From NCBI GenBank assembly GCA_017535325.1, contig JAFXUC010000139.1, positions 3,970-67,969 on the forward strand: a stretch of DNA of 64,000 nucleotides, read 5' to 3'. This document shows, one piece after another, positions 30,184-40,226 of the stretch (position 1 is the first letter of the stretch; each line of letters begins with the position of its first letter). The stretch comes from Bacteroidales bacterium. Lineage in GTDB: Bacteria; Bacteroidota; Bacteroidia; Bacteroidales; UBA3824. A program made the position numbers and the translations under genes. Under the pieces are notes generated by a model. It did no database searches. It was not told where the DNA came from and saw only the letters and a list, made by a program, of their open reading frames with translations.

Positions 30184-31293
30184 TTATACGAAATCCTCCC
30201 CGAATTGGATTTTTACGTTGTTGACAAGTTGTCTTATGTTTTGTTCGTTTGCTTTCGGAACGATTAGCAGAAGGTTGTCGCTTTGTGCGACGATATAGTC
30301 TTTAAGTCCTTCTACGACAACGAGTTTGGTGTCGGCGTTTATGATGCAGCCGGTTGTGTTTTCGGTTATGACTTTTGTGCCGGCAACGGCGTTTTGGTTT
30401 TCGTCTTTTATGGAGTTTTCGTAGAGCGAGCCCCATGTGCCGAGGTCAGACCATTGGAAAAGCGCGGGGATAACGTAAGTTTCGGAATAATTTTCCATGA
30501 TGCCGAAGTCTATCGAAATATTGGGACACCTTTCGTAAGCCTTGTTGATAAACGCTTTTTCCTCAGGCGTGTTGTAAAACTCCCTGCCTTCTGCAAAGCG
30601 TTCGGCAATCTCAGCCTGATGCATTTCAAAGGCGTCTATGATGGCTTTTACGTTCCATAAGAAAATTCCGGCGTTCCAGAAAAACTCCATGCTTTCAACA
30701 AACATTTTCGCCATTTCCAAGGCGGGTTTTTCGGTAAAGAGTTTTACTTTTGTAACCTCGTTTACAGCGAGCGGGTTCTCACCGATTTTGGAGTCTATTT
30801 GTATATAACCGTAACCTGTTTCGGGTCTTGTCGGGATAATGCCGATTGTAAGAAGTGCCTCCGTGTTGAATTTTACAAACTGCAACCCTCTGTTTATCGT
30901 TTCTTCAAAGCCTCTGTCGTCGCCGATAAAATGGTCGGCGGGGGAGACTACGATGTTGGCGTCAGGATTTTTTGCAAAAATTTTGTACGAGGCGTATGCT
31001 ATGCACGGAGCGGTGTTGCGGCGCAAAGGCTCCGTCAGAATGTTTTCTTTCGGTAATTCGGGCAGTTGTTTTGCAACAATTTCTGCGTAGTCGTCACCAG
31101 TTACGACAAAAATGTTTTCTATAAGGCAAATGTGACGGAATCTGTCAAAAGTTTGTTGAATCAGGGTACGTCCTACCCCTAAAATATCCAAAAACTGTTT
31201 CGGACACTGAGTTCTGCTTTTGGGCCAAAAACGGCTTCCTATGCCGCCCGCCATGATAACGCAATAGTTGTTGTTGTCTAACGGTCTCATCAT
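30184..31293 (-). CDS. manC: Mannose-1-phosphate guanylyltransferase
   Basis: IMAGGIGSRFWP, PKQFL, RNTAPCI, PETGYGYI, FTEKP, WSDLGTW. Start set at MMRPLD. Confidence 0.93.
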   Translation of the reverse strand: MMRPLDNNNYCVIMAGGIGSRFWPKSRTQCPKQFLDILGVGRTLIQQTFDRFRHICLIENIFVVTGDDYAEIVAKQLPELPKENILTEPLRRNTAPCIAYASYKIFAKNPDANIVVSPADHFIGDDRGFEETINRGLQFVKFNTEALLTIGIIPTRPETGYGYIQIDSKIGENPLAVNEVTKVKLFTEKPALEMAKMFVESMEFFWNAGIFLWNVKAIIDAFEMHQAEIAERFAEGREFYNTPEEKAFINKAYERCPNISIDFGIMENYSETYVIPALFQWSDLGTWGSLYENSIKDENQNAVAGTKVITENTTGCIINADTKLVVVEGLKDYIVAQSDNLLLIVPKANEQNIRQLVNNVKIQFGEDFV

Positions 31294-31429
31294 ATAGTTA
31301 TTTATAATTTTTTGCAAAGGTAAATATATTTTTTCAAAAAGACGGAGAAAAACTTCAAAAAAAACGGGACGGTCTTTTTTTTGAAAGTCCGTCCCGAAAA
31401 AATAAAAAAACAAAAATTATGGTTCTTTC

Positions 31430-32050
31430 CTATTTGAAATCGGTAACCTCGTCTGCGGGTTTGTCAATAACGTAAACCGTGAAACAGCCTTTTACTGTTT
31501 CGGGGCTGCCGTCGTCTTTCTTGACAGGAACCTGTTTTTCCACGTAGTTGCCTTCCGCATCCCAGTCTCCCTGCGTTACCATAACAACGTTGGATTTTTC
31601 TTTTATCTCAATCATGATTTTGAGCGAAGTCGGCTGAGCCGGTGCAAAATCAAAAAAGGGATGGGTCATAGAGGTTGATGTCTCTTTTTCACGGTAATCT
31701 TGAAGACATGTCTGACCTTTTTTAGGCTCAGGACTGCCCTCAGGAAGTTGTCCCGGCAAGTCGATGACTACCTGATTTGAGTTCAAATCCACAATTTTTA
31801 CCTGAACATCGTTGTTGAAAACGGGCGAGGCAAAAAACTGTATTCTGTACTCGTTGCCTTTTGCCAACGGGAGAACAAATTCGTATTTCTTACCTGAAAA
31901 ACATGTCGCGCTTTTTGAGGCGGTATTGTATCTCCAAGGCTTTTCCGCTTTTCTGAAATTAAGGAAGTCCGCGCAGTTTTGAGCCTGAACCGCCGCCGGC
32001 AATATCGCTGACATTGCCAATCCGAGTATTATATTTTTTAAAGTTTTCAT
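31430..32050 (-). CDS. Exported hypothetical protein (beta-rich, Cys-containing)
   Basis: Signal peptide ending AVQA-Q; QNCADF...YRIQF...KGCFTVYV. Confidence 0.75.
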   Translation of the reverse strand: MKTLKNIILGLAMSAILPAAVQAQNCADFLNFRKAEKPWRYNTASKSATCFSGKKYEFVLPLAKGNEYRIQFFASPVFNNDVQVKIVDLNSNQVVIDLPGQLPEGSPEPKKGQTCLQDYREKETSTSMTHPFFDFAPAQPTSLKIMIEIKEKSNVVMVTQGDWDAEGNYVEKQVPVKKDDGSPETVKGCFTVYVIDKPADEVTDFK

Positions 32051-32124
32051 ATTAAATAACATTTTATCTATAAAACGCTGATGGGGCTTTATTATTTTCC
32101 TGTCGCGTAATTTTTTAAGTTTTT

Positions 32125-33036
32125 TTATTTATTGCTGGTTAAAGCCTGTCTGATGTCGGTGATGGTCTTTTTCAGCGTGTTGAAATTATCTTCGCTGATT
32201 TCGATTTTCTTGTTGCCGCCGATAATCATTGCGCCGTTTTCAGTGGTCTGGTTGCCGGTGTTTTCCACTACAACTACCGAAAGTTGGTTGTAAGCCGCTC
32301 CCAAGGGTCTCAACTGCTCAATGGTTTCTGAGATTCCGGGTTTTGACTTGAACTGTTCGAGATATGCCATAAGGCTCTCAAAAACGTTTTTCTCGTCAGC
32401 AATCTGCTGAATGTTGATGTCGGTGTTTGAGAAACTGTCAATTGAATTGATAATGATGTACATACATTCAATCCAGCCGCCTGCCGAAATCTGTGCGATT
32501 GTGGAGTTTTTGCCCTGAATTTCCAAAGCCTTTTTGATGTCCAAGTAAGTATCGTTTGCGATTGCTTTCAGAGAGTCTTTGTTTTGGATTTGCTCGTCGA
32601 TTCTGTCGTTGAGTTTTGTGCTGAAAACCGATTCAAGACCGAGTTTTGCAGACAATTCCCTTAGAACGGCGAGGTATTTTACTGCGTCCTGATTCTGTCC
32701 GTTGACAGCGCAGTAAGCCATGTCCGCGCAGTATACTCCGAAGTTTGTCTCTTTGCTCTTGCTGTCTTCGTAAGTGTTGGCTCTGTCAGTGGGATTCAGG
32801 AGCGCGGAAGAGAATTTTAATTTTTCGCTTGAAAACGCGAAAATGTCTTCCGGAGAAGGCAACAGATAATACGTCGTGAGATCGTCGCTGCTTTCTGCAA
32901 AACCGTCGCTTTCTATTTCCTGATTGTTGCCGGTGTTGCCCTGATTGTTGTTGCCGCCGTTGCAGGCCTGTAAACCGAGTAAGGCCGTTGCACTTACCAT
33001 TGCGCTGAGACCTAATGTCTTATAATTCAATTTCAT
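32125..33036 (-). CDS. Hypothetical alpha-helical lipoprotein
   Basis: Lipobox LQAC, N/G-rich tether, motifs LPSPEDIF, NFGVYCADMAY, GGWIECMY. Confidence 0.8.
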   Translation of the reverse strand: MKLNYKTLGLSAMVSATALLGLQACNGGNNNQGNTGNNQEIESDGFAESSDDLTTYYLLPSPEDIFAFSSEKLKFSSALLNPTDRANTYEDSKSKETNFGVYCADMAYCAVNGQNQDAVKYLAVLRELSAKLGLESVFSTKLNDRIDEQIQNKDSLKAIANDTYLDIKKALEIQGKNSTIAQISAGGWIECMYIIINSIDSFSNTDINIQQIADEKNVFESLMAYLEQFKSKPGISETIEQLRPLGAAYNQLSVVVVENTGNQTTENGAMIIGGNKKIEISEDNFNTLKKTITDIRQALTSNK

Positions 33037-33057
33037 AATTGTTTTGATATTAAATTT

Positions 33058-33498
33058 TTAAATCTTGTTAATTCTGTTCCATGTAAGTTTTTTGCCGATA
33101 CCGAAACGGTTGTCGGTAAGTTTGTAAAAGTCGGGTTCGAGGGTCAGATAATCGCCTTTTACCGCCAAGGCATACGGATATTTTTTCAGGTATATGCCTT
33201 TTACGTAGTCCAGCTCTTTTGCCGTATAGTAAACCGCTTTTGCTGTTATTTGCAGACCTTGAATCTTTCCGAGTTCGTCGGTCTCCAAAAATATGGAGGC
33301 GGCAACCGAAGAATTTTGGTTTATTTCCCTGCCGTGCCGTGTGTTTTCGTTGATTTTTACAACGAAAATATTTGCTGCCTCGTCATAAACGTAGTAGCAG
33401 TTGCAGCAGTACGGCTTGTTGCCTGCTGCTGTGGCAAGGGTCAAAACGTGATGTTCGTTTATCAGGTTTAGAATTCTTTCGTCAATGTTTTTATCCAT
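33058..33498 (-). CDS. Pyridoxamine 5'-phosphate oxidase-like (YhbP-type) FMN-binding protein
   Basis: HHVLTLAT, PYCCNCYY, TRHG, IQGLQ, KLTDNRFGIGKKLTW. Confidence 0.85.
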   Translation of the reverse strand: MDKNIDERILNLINEHHVLTLATAAGNKPYCCNCYYVYDEAANIFVVKINENTRHGREINQNSSVAASIFLETDELGKIQGLQITAKAVYYTAKELDYVKGIYLKKYPYALAVKGDYLTLEPDFYKLTDNRFGIGKKLTWNRINKI

Positions 33499-33589
33499 AC
33501 GGTTTTTCCTCGTTTTTCCAATTTACAAACGTAAATCTAATTGTTTAATTATCCCTTAAAATATCTTTAATTTTAAATTAACGATATGT

Positions 33590-35584
33590 TTATTCTCCGC
33601 CGAAAGGAATACCGCTTTCCTTGTAATCCGTTCTTAACACCACAAATTCCGTGCGGCGGTTAAGCTGGTGGCAGATTTCCTTGTCCTGATTGCTGTCAAG
33701 TTTGTTGATGAAAGCCTCGTTCAGGACGTCGCCTTCTTTGAGGAACGGGTATTTTGACGCGATTTTTTTGCTGACTTTAATCGGGTTGCCTTCGCCCATA
33801 CCCTTTGATTGAAGTCTGTCGGCGGGAATGCCTTTTGTAATAAGGTAGTCCACAACCGACTGCGCTCTTGCCTGAGAGAGTTCCAGATTTGCCTGGTCGG
33901 AACCTCGGAAGTCGGTGTTGGCGCGTAGTTCTATCGTAATCGTGTTGTTGACGTTAAGAATGTCCACGAGCAAGTCGAGCGAAACCTTTGACTCTTCCCT
34001 CAAAGTTGCTTTGTTGAAGTCGTATTCGATGTTTTCAAGTTCTATGACGTTCAGGAGCGGTGTCATAAGGATTTCGATGTGGAGAACGGTGTTGTCCGTC
34101 AGTCCGCGTGTGGTCTCCTTGCCGATGCCTTTCAAATAACCCGCTTTTTCGGTTATGAACATATAATCGTTGTTTTCAGAGAGTTGAAACGTGAATTTGC
34201 CCGCGCCGTTGCTCTTGGTGTCAAGTTGCGTGCCGTCGGTGGAGGTCAGCGAAACTTTCGCGCCTTCGATTGCAATCATGTTTTCCTCGTTTTTAATACT
34301 GCCCTCTATGCTGACCTGAATAGGAGGCAGATAAAAGCCCCAGATGTCGTCGCTGCGTGAGCCTTCCCTGTTTGAAGAGAAAAAGCCGCGTTTGTAGGTT
34401 TTGAAAACATGTATGCCGTAATCGTCCGCCGAGGAGTTGATCGGGTATTTCATGTTTTCAAGACTTGTTTTGCCGTCCTTGGTGTAAAGGCGGAAAATGT
34501 CAAGACCGCCCATGCCGCCGCGTCCGTCAGAGGAGAAGTAAAAACTTCCGTCAGCGGCTGCAAACGGGAAAACCTCGTTGCCTTTGGAGTTTATCTGACT
34601 GCCCATGTTGACGGGTGTGCTCCAAGAGTTTTTGCCCTCGCGCGTTGACTTCCAAATGTCCTTGCCGCCTTGTCCGCCCGGACTGTCGGAGGCAAAATAC
34701 AGCGTTCTGCCGTCCGGCGAAAGACACGGATGTCCTACCGAAATGCTGCTGTCGCGGAAAAGCACAACTTCCTCCGGGTTGGTCCATTTGCCGTCTTCCA
34801 AGTTGGTTACGAAAATTCTGCAACCCAAAGACTGACCTTTGAAATTTTTGCACGAGGTATAATACATCGTGTTTCCGTCTTCGGTTACAAAGGGCGAACC
34901 CTCGTCAAAAAGCGTGTTGACCGCGCCCTCCACGGGTACGGGAACCGACCATTTGCCTTTTTTGTCTTTTGACGAGAAGAAAATGTCCGTGTAGTTGGTT
35001 CCGGAATTGGCGTTTTTGGTGCTGCCTGCCGAAGCCTCCCTTGCCGAAGTAAAATAGATGTCGGTACTGTCAACGCCGAAACAGGGCGCGTAGTCAGACT
35101 CCTTGTCGTTGAGCCAGCGCGCGTTCCAAACCACGTAACGGGTCGGCGAGGCAATCCATTTGAGGGACGTCTCGCAGTCTTTTACGCCCTGCGCTCCTCT
35201 CGGATCGTCAGGCACGAGGTCCTGGTAGTTGCTGTACTGAACCGACGCGTCTTCGTAGTTGCCCTTCATTTTGAGGGCGTCCGCCAAGTACAAAGTCGCA
35301 AGCGGATTGGAATATTTCGCCTGAACCGCCTTTCTGTACCATTTTTCCGCATTGCGGGCATCGCTCATGTTTCTTGCACATTCGCCTAAATAAAATGCCG
35401 CCTGACCTTTGGTTGGCTTATCTTTTATTTTCGGAAAATATTTGACCAAAAGTTCCTGACATTTGGTATATTCTCCGCTGTTATAGTAAGTTAGAGCCTT
35501 GTCTACTTTTTTGTTTTGTGCCGATAATGGCAGTGCCGCTAATGTCGCTGCGGAGAGGGCGACTGCTAAAATTATTGAACGCAT
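33590..35584 (-). CDS. PorE-like TPR / PD40 propeller / carboxypeptidase-regulatory / OmpA protein
   Basis: N-terminal TPRs, PD40 repeats (LYFASDSPGG, FYFSSDGRGGMGGLDIF) and an OmpA domain (NIEYDFNK, NLELSQARAQSVVDYL, NRRTEF). Confidence 0.9.
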   Translation of the reverse strand: MRSIILAVALSAATLAALPLSAQNKKVDKALTYYNSGEYTKCQELLVKYFPKIKDKPTKGQAAFYLGECARNMSDARNAEKWYRKAVQAKYSNPLATLYLADALKMKGNYEDASVQYSNYQDLVPDDPRGAQGVKDCETSLKWIASPTRYVVWNARWLNDKESDYAPCFGVDSTDIYFTSAREASAGSTKNANSGTNYTDIFFSSKDKKGKWSVPVPVEGAVNTLFDEGSPFVTEDGNTMYYTSCKNFKGQSLGCRIFVTNLEDGKWTNPEEVVLFRDSSISVGHPCLSPDGRTLYFASDSPGGQGGKDIWKSTREGKNSWSTPVNMGSQINSKGNEVFPFAAADGSFYFSSDGRGGMGGLDIFRLYTKDGKTSLENMKYPINSSADDYGIHVFKTYKRGFFSSNREGSRSDDIWGFYLPPIQVSIEGSIKNEENMIAIEGAKVSLTSTDGTQLDTKSNGAGKFTFQLSENNDYMFITEKAGYLKGIGKETTRGLTDNTVLHIEILMTPLLNVIELENIEYDFNKATLREESKVSLDLLVDILNVNNTITIELRANTDFRGSDQANLELSQARAQSVVDYLITKGIPADRLQSKGMGEGNPIKVSKKIASKYPFLKEGDVLNEAFINKLDSNQDKEICHQLNRRTEFVVLRTDYKESGIPFGGE

Positions 35585-35742
35585 TTCATAAACTTTTTTT
35601 GTAAACGTTGTCTAAGATTTCAATTAGCAAATATTGTGTTTTTTTTTGTCTTTTGAAAATATTTTTAACTTTTTTTTGCTGAAAAAAACTTTTGACAAAA
35701 AAAATGCTTATTTTCGCACCGTAACATATATTTTTTTTGACT

Positions 35743-37662
35743 ATGCTGAGAGGTTTTTTACTGCTTTTGATAATTCTTTCGGTAAGTGTTGAACGCGCTT
35801 TTCCGCAAATAGAAATAGATTATTCCGACTTTGCGAATGTCGGCGACGGCTATGTCTATGCCGTCAAAAATTTCAGTCCGGGAGAAATGACCGTTTCAAA
35901 ACTCGATTCTATGAAATGGAATATATCTTCTTTTAAGCCTGATACTTACGATACGGTGAGGTTTTACCCGAAACACCGCAGCCGTTACGGAAACCTTTTT
36001 CCGAATGCCGAGGTCTTGAAATTTCAGACAAAAAAGAACATGGAGTTTCTTACAATCGACTCCTCAAAGGTAAAACTCCACGGCATTATCAACGATTATT
36101 TGGGCCTGAGAGCCGCCGTGGTTTTGGTTTTTCCGACGGAACTGGCGATTTACAAATTTCCGCTGAAAAAAGGCAAGGTGTTGAATGACAGTATTTCAAA
36201 GAACTTTGTTTCAAGTTACGGTTTAAAACAGTTTGCCGACTCTGTCCGCATAGACCTCGACATGAGCAACTATTCCGTTTTTGACACTTCCGGCTTTGTA
36301 AAAACCCCGACAGACAGTTACGAGACGCTGAGGGAAAAAAATACGGTTTACAAAAAAATGGTGGCGTACAAGCAGTCTCACCTTTTCGGCTGGGTTCCTG
36401 CGCAGGAATTTTCGAGCACAACCAAGGTGGTTTATTACCGCTGGTTTGCCAAGAAAAACGGCATTGCGGTTATGGAGGCGGAAGGCGACACCGAAGGCAA
36501 CATTACGGCAATCCGTTATCAGCACCGCCAGCCCATGCAGGTCTCAATCGAAAAAACGGACGTTAACTGCAAGGGAAAAAACACGGGTTCGATTTTTGTA
36601 AACGTCAGCGGCGGCACTCCCGATTACAAATTTGTGTGGTCGCACGGCAAAAAAGGCAGAAAACTCGATTCCCTTACGGCGGGCGTTTATACGGTTGAGG
36701 TTACCGACTGCAAGGGCGAGCGTCAGACCCAGAGTGTTGAAATAAAAGAGCCGGAAAGCGAACTTACATTAAAAATCAATTACAAGGACATCACCTGCTA
36801 CGGCGCAAACGACGCGGTTTTGAAAGCCGACATCAAAGGCGGAACCAAACCTTATTATATAGTGTGGTCTGACGATACTGAGGCGGAGGAAATCATAAAC
36901 AAAGGTTCGGGAATTTACGGCTGTATCGTCAGGGACGCGCAGAGATGCTTTTCGTGGGATTCGGTTGAAATCACGCAGCCTGAGACTTCGATGATGTTTT
37001 CGCCGAGGGTGGAACATTCGCAGTGCAACGGACAAGCAAAAGGCTCGGTGTTTTTTGAAGTTACCGGCGGCGAAAAGCCTTACAAATATTTCCTTAACGA
37101 TGAACAAACCTCGGACACCGCAGGCGGACTTTTTGCGGGAATTTATCAGGCTAAGGTCGTTGACAAACGCGGCTGCGAACTCGTGCGCAAGGCAGAAGTC
37201 CGTCAGCCTGACAAACCTTTGGAGGCTGACGGCGAGGTGAAAAACGTTACATGTTCGGGCGGAAGCAACGGCAGCATTACGCTGAAAGTTTCCGGCGGCA
37301 CTTCCGGCTACAAGTATTTTTGGAGCAACGACGCGCAGACTAAGGACGTTAACAATCTTTCGCCCGGAGTTTACAAGGTTAAAATTACGGATTCAAAAGA
37401 CTGCTCCATCGAGAAAAGTTTTATCGTAAACGCGCCTTCGTCGGTTTTGAGGGTGGAATGTACGGTCAGCGACGTAACCGTTAAAGGCGGAAATGACGGC
37501 TCTATAAAAGTGAAAGGCGTCGGCGGCGTAGAGCCTTATACCGTAACCTGCAACAACAAAAACGATTTCAAAAACCTCAAAGCCGGAAACTACGACATCA
37601 GGCTTTCCGACAAAAACAACTGCACTGTTATCGAAACGGTTATCGTAAGCGAGCCGGAATAA
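35743..37662 (+). CDS. Exported SprB-repeat protein
   Basis: Signal peptide and about five repeats of type C-G...G-I...GG-P-Y...W...L-AG-Y-V-V-D-C. No obvious T9SS CTD. Confidence 0.85.
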   Translation: MLRGFLLLLIILSVSVERAFPQIEIDYSDFANVGDGYVYAVKNFSPGEMTVSKLDSMKWNISSFKPDTYDTVRFYPKHRSRYGNLFPNAEVLKFQTKKNMEFLTIDSSKVKLHGIINDYLGLRAAVVLVFPTELAIYKFPLKKGKVLNDSISKNFVSSYGLKQFADSVRIDLDMSNYSVFDTSGFVKTPTDSYETLREKNTVYKKMVAYKQSHLFGWVPAQEFSSTTKVVYYRWFAKKNGIAVMEAEGDTEGNITAIRYQHRQPMQVSIEKTDVNCKGKNTGSIFVNVSGGTPDYKFVWSHGKKGRKLDSLTAGVYTVEVTDCKGERQTQSVEIKEPESELTLKINYKDITCYGANDAVLKADIKGGTKPYYIVWSDDTEAEEIINKGSGIYGCIVRDAQRCFSWDSVEITQPETSMMFSPRVEHSQCNGQAKGSVFFEVTGGEKPYKYFLNDEQTSDTAGGLFAGIYQAKVVDKRGCELVRKAEVRQPDKPLEADGEVKNVTCSGGSNGSITLKVSGGTSGYKYFWSNDAQTKDVNNLSPGVYKVKITDSKDCSIEKSFIVNAPSSVLRVECTVSDVTVKGGNDGSIKVKGVGGVEPYTVTCNNKNDFKNLKAGNYDIRLSDKNNCTVIETVIVSEPE

Positions 37663-37663
37663 A

Positions 37664-37693
37664 AAAAACGGTAAGTTTTTTCTTACCGTTTTT
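37664..37693. terminator. Bidirectional terminator
   Basis: AAAAACGGTAAG...CTTACCGTTTTT between convergent genes. Confidence 0.7.
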
Positions 37694-38492
37694 CAAATGA
37701 TTCGCATTTACAGTCGTAATTTATAAAGTACGTCCCGTTAGGGTGTTTGGAGACGTCAACCGCCGTGGCAAAACCGTTTTCTATACGGTTGCCGGAGAAG
37801 TCGAAAATCTCGTAGTTTGTCGCCCTCGAAAACGTAATCTTGCCGCTTGTCTGTCCGTTGTTGCCCGGAGTAAAGGTTACTTCGGGAGCAAGGCTCGTGA
37901 AAGTCATCTCGGTGGAATAACGCGGCTTTTTGGTGCAGTCCACCTGCTTGATGCGGAATTTGTTGATGCCGCTGTGGAGCGGAACTTTTACCGTGTAAGA
38001 GTTTTCGCCCGGAGTGCCTTTGCCTTCAATCTGAGCCACTCTTACCCATTTTTTCCATTTGAACTGCTCTACCGCAAAGGTCAGGCTGCCAGCCTCGCCC
38101 GTAGTTGTGAAAGTAAACGTACCCGTCTTGTCAAATTTTGAGGAGGTAAGCGTAAAAGTGCTTTTTGGTTTCAGCGCGTCGCTGTTCAAAACCTTCGGCG
38201 TGCAGCCTTCTTTGTGTGTGATGACTATCGTAATCATGTCGCCTTTTACAAGGTGATAAGCCGAAAGGTTGAGTTCTATTGACGAGCGGTTTGTGTCGTC
38301 CAAGGCTGTGTTGCCGTTGACTGTGATTTTGGTAATGCAAAAACCGACCCCGCTTGTGGCAAACGGGTTCATAATGTACAGGTTGATGCCTTGAAACACT
38401 CCGTCGATTCTCATTTCCTTGTCGGCAAAAGCGTTTGTGCATGTCAGAGCCATTATCAACAGCAAAAAAAGCGAATGTTTAAACTTTTTCAT
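37683..38492 (-). CDS. Exported hypothetical protein with a type-A T9SS CTD-like C-terminus
   Basis: Signal peptide ending AFA. The C-terminus YEIFDFSGNRI...VDVSKHPNGTYFINY...FEKR resembles a Por secretion tail. Confidence 0.7.
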   Translation of the reverse strand: MKKFKHSLFLLLIMALTCTNAFADKEMRIDGVFQGINLYIMNPFATSGVGFCITKITVNGNTALDDTNRSSIELNLSAYHLVKGDMITIVITHKEGCTPKVLNSDALKPKSTFTLTSSKFDKTGTFTFTTTGEAGSLTFAVEQFKWKKWVRVAQIEGKGTPGENSYTVKVPLHSGINKFRIKQVDCTKKPRYSTEMTFTSLAPEVTFTPGNNGQTSGKITFSRATNYEIFDFSGNRIENGFATAVDVSKHPNGTYFINYDCKCESFEKR

Positions 38493-38563
38493 ATTTCCTC
38501 AAATTTATACCGGAGTCGGGGTACTTAGTTTAACGCCGATAAAATTATGCCAAATTTGTTAAT

Positions 38564-40219
38564 TTAATGTGAATTATCTATTAATTTTAGCAGTTCGCCG
38601 ACGGCTTCTTCTTCGGGAATTGACTTTTTCACCATTTTGCCGTCTTTGTAGAGCGAGATTTTGTTTTTGCCGTCGCCGACATAGCCGTAATCCGCGTCCG
38701 CCATTTCGCCCGGTCCGTTTACAATGCAGCCCATGACGGCGATTTTAAGGTTCCTGTAATTCTTGGTCGCCTCCTTGATTTTCTTTACCGTGGACTGCAA
38801 GTCGTAAAGCGTCCTTCCGCAGCCCGGACAGGACACATATTCGTTGCCGGTGATGCGAAGACGGCTTATTTGAAGAATTTTGAACGCCAAGCGCACCGTT
38901 TTTGTAAAGTTGCCGTTACTTTCAAGACAGATTCCGTCGCCGAAACCGTCTATGAAAACGCCCGCGCAGTCAGCCGCAATTTTGAAACTCTCTTTGCTTT
39001 TCGGACACAAAAGCACGGGATTTTTCATTCCGTTTTTCTCCAACTGGTAAAAAATGTAACGGAACGCTCCGACCTGGTTTTTGTTTTTCGGTTTTGCGAC
39101 AAGAGGTTTTGTCTTGTCAATTTTTGAAAAATCCGTGTCTTCGTCAACAAAAACAAAGCCGTTTTTAGTGTTGCCGTCAATTACAAAATCGGGCTTTAAG
39201 TCCCCGTTTGAAGCCTCAGCCTCCTCTTTTTTGTCCGAAATTACTGCGACGGCGGCAATTTGGTTGTTGAAAGGCAGTACTTCGCGCTTTTTGTAGTTGT
39301 ACGGGTCGTAAAAAAGAGGGATTTCCGGCAGTTTGTCGCCGCCTTTTATATAGTCTCTGTAAGCGATGATTTCCTTTGCCGGGAGAATTTCGTTTTCAGG
39401 CTCTTCGGTAAGAGAGACGCGGATTGTGTCGCCGATGCCGTCGTTTAAAAGCGGACAGATTCCGGCGGCGGATTTCAGCCTGCCGTCTTCGCCCTCGCCC
39501 GCCTCCGTAACGCCGAGATGAAGCGGAAAATTCATATTCTCGTCTTTCATCCTTTTTACCATAAGACGCGCGGCGCGTATTGCGACATTCGGGTTTGAGG
39601 ATTTCAGCGAAATTGCGATATTATGAAAATTTTCCCTTACGGCAACCCGCAAAAACTCCATTACGCTTTCCACCATTCCTTCTATCGTGTCGCCGTAGCG
39701 GTTGAGAATCCTCGACGAAAGCGAACCGTGGTTTGTGCCTATTCTGACGGCTGTTTTATGCTCTTTGCAGACTTTTAAGAAATCCGAAAACGTCTTCTCC
39801 AAAAGTCTGCCTTCTTCTTTAAATTCTTCTTCCGTAAGGCACGGCAAAGAGTGATGACAGAAATTGCCCGGATTAACGCGGACTTTTTCTACAATTTTAG
39901 CACACTCAAAAGCGATTGCCGCATTGAAATGCACGTCTGCAACAAGCGGCATTTTAACGCCTAACGCACGGATTCTCTGGTGAATCTGCCTTAACGCTTC
40001 TACGTCTTTTATCGACGGAACGCTTACGCGGATAATGTCGCAGTCGGTTTTTTGAGCAACCTCAACTATTTGTCTGACAGTTTTTTCGATGTCGGCAGTT
40101 GAAGTATTGCACATAGTCTGGACGGCTATCGGGTTTTCTTGCCCGATTTTTACGCCGCCGATTGTTACCCCGCAACTGAGGTTTCTGTTGTAATTGGTAA
40201 TAGAGTTTGTGTATTCCAT
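38564..40219 (-). CDS. ispG: (E)-4-hydroxy-3-methylbut-2-enyl-diphosphate synthase
   Basis: PLVADVHF, RVNPGN, RIGTNHGSLS, HLGVTEAG, GDTIRVSL, SCPGCGR, MGCIVNGPGE. Confidence 0.97.
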   Translation of the reverse strand: MEYTNSITNYNRNLSCGVTIGGVKIGQENPIAVQTMCNTSTADIEKTVRQIVEVAQKTDCDIIRVSVPSIKDVEALRQIHQRIRALGVKMPLVADVHFNAAIAFECAKIVEKVRVNPGNFCHHSLPCLTEEEFKEEGRLLEKTFSDFLKVCKEHKTAVRIGTNHGSLSSRILNRYGDTIEGMVESVMEFLRVAVRENFHNIAISLKSSNPNVAIRAARLMVKRMKDENMNFPLHLGVTEAGEGEDGRLKSAAGICPLLNDGIGDTIRVSLTEEPENEILPAKEIIAYRDYIKGGDKLPEIPLFYDPYNYKKREVLPFNNQIAAVAVISDKKEEAEASNGDLKPDFVIDGNTKNGFVFVDEDTDFSKIDKTKPLVAKPKNKNQVGAFRYIFYQLEKNGMKNPVLLCPKSKESFKIAADCAGVFIDGFGDGICLESNGNFTKTVRLAFKILQISRLRITGNEYVSCPGCGRTLYDLQSTVKKIKEATKNYRNLKIAVMGCIVNGPGEMADADYGYVGDGKNKISLYKDGKMVKKSIPEEEAVGELLKLIDNSH

Positions 40220-40226
40220 TTTACTG

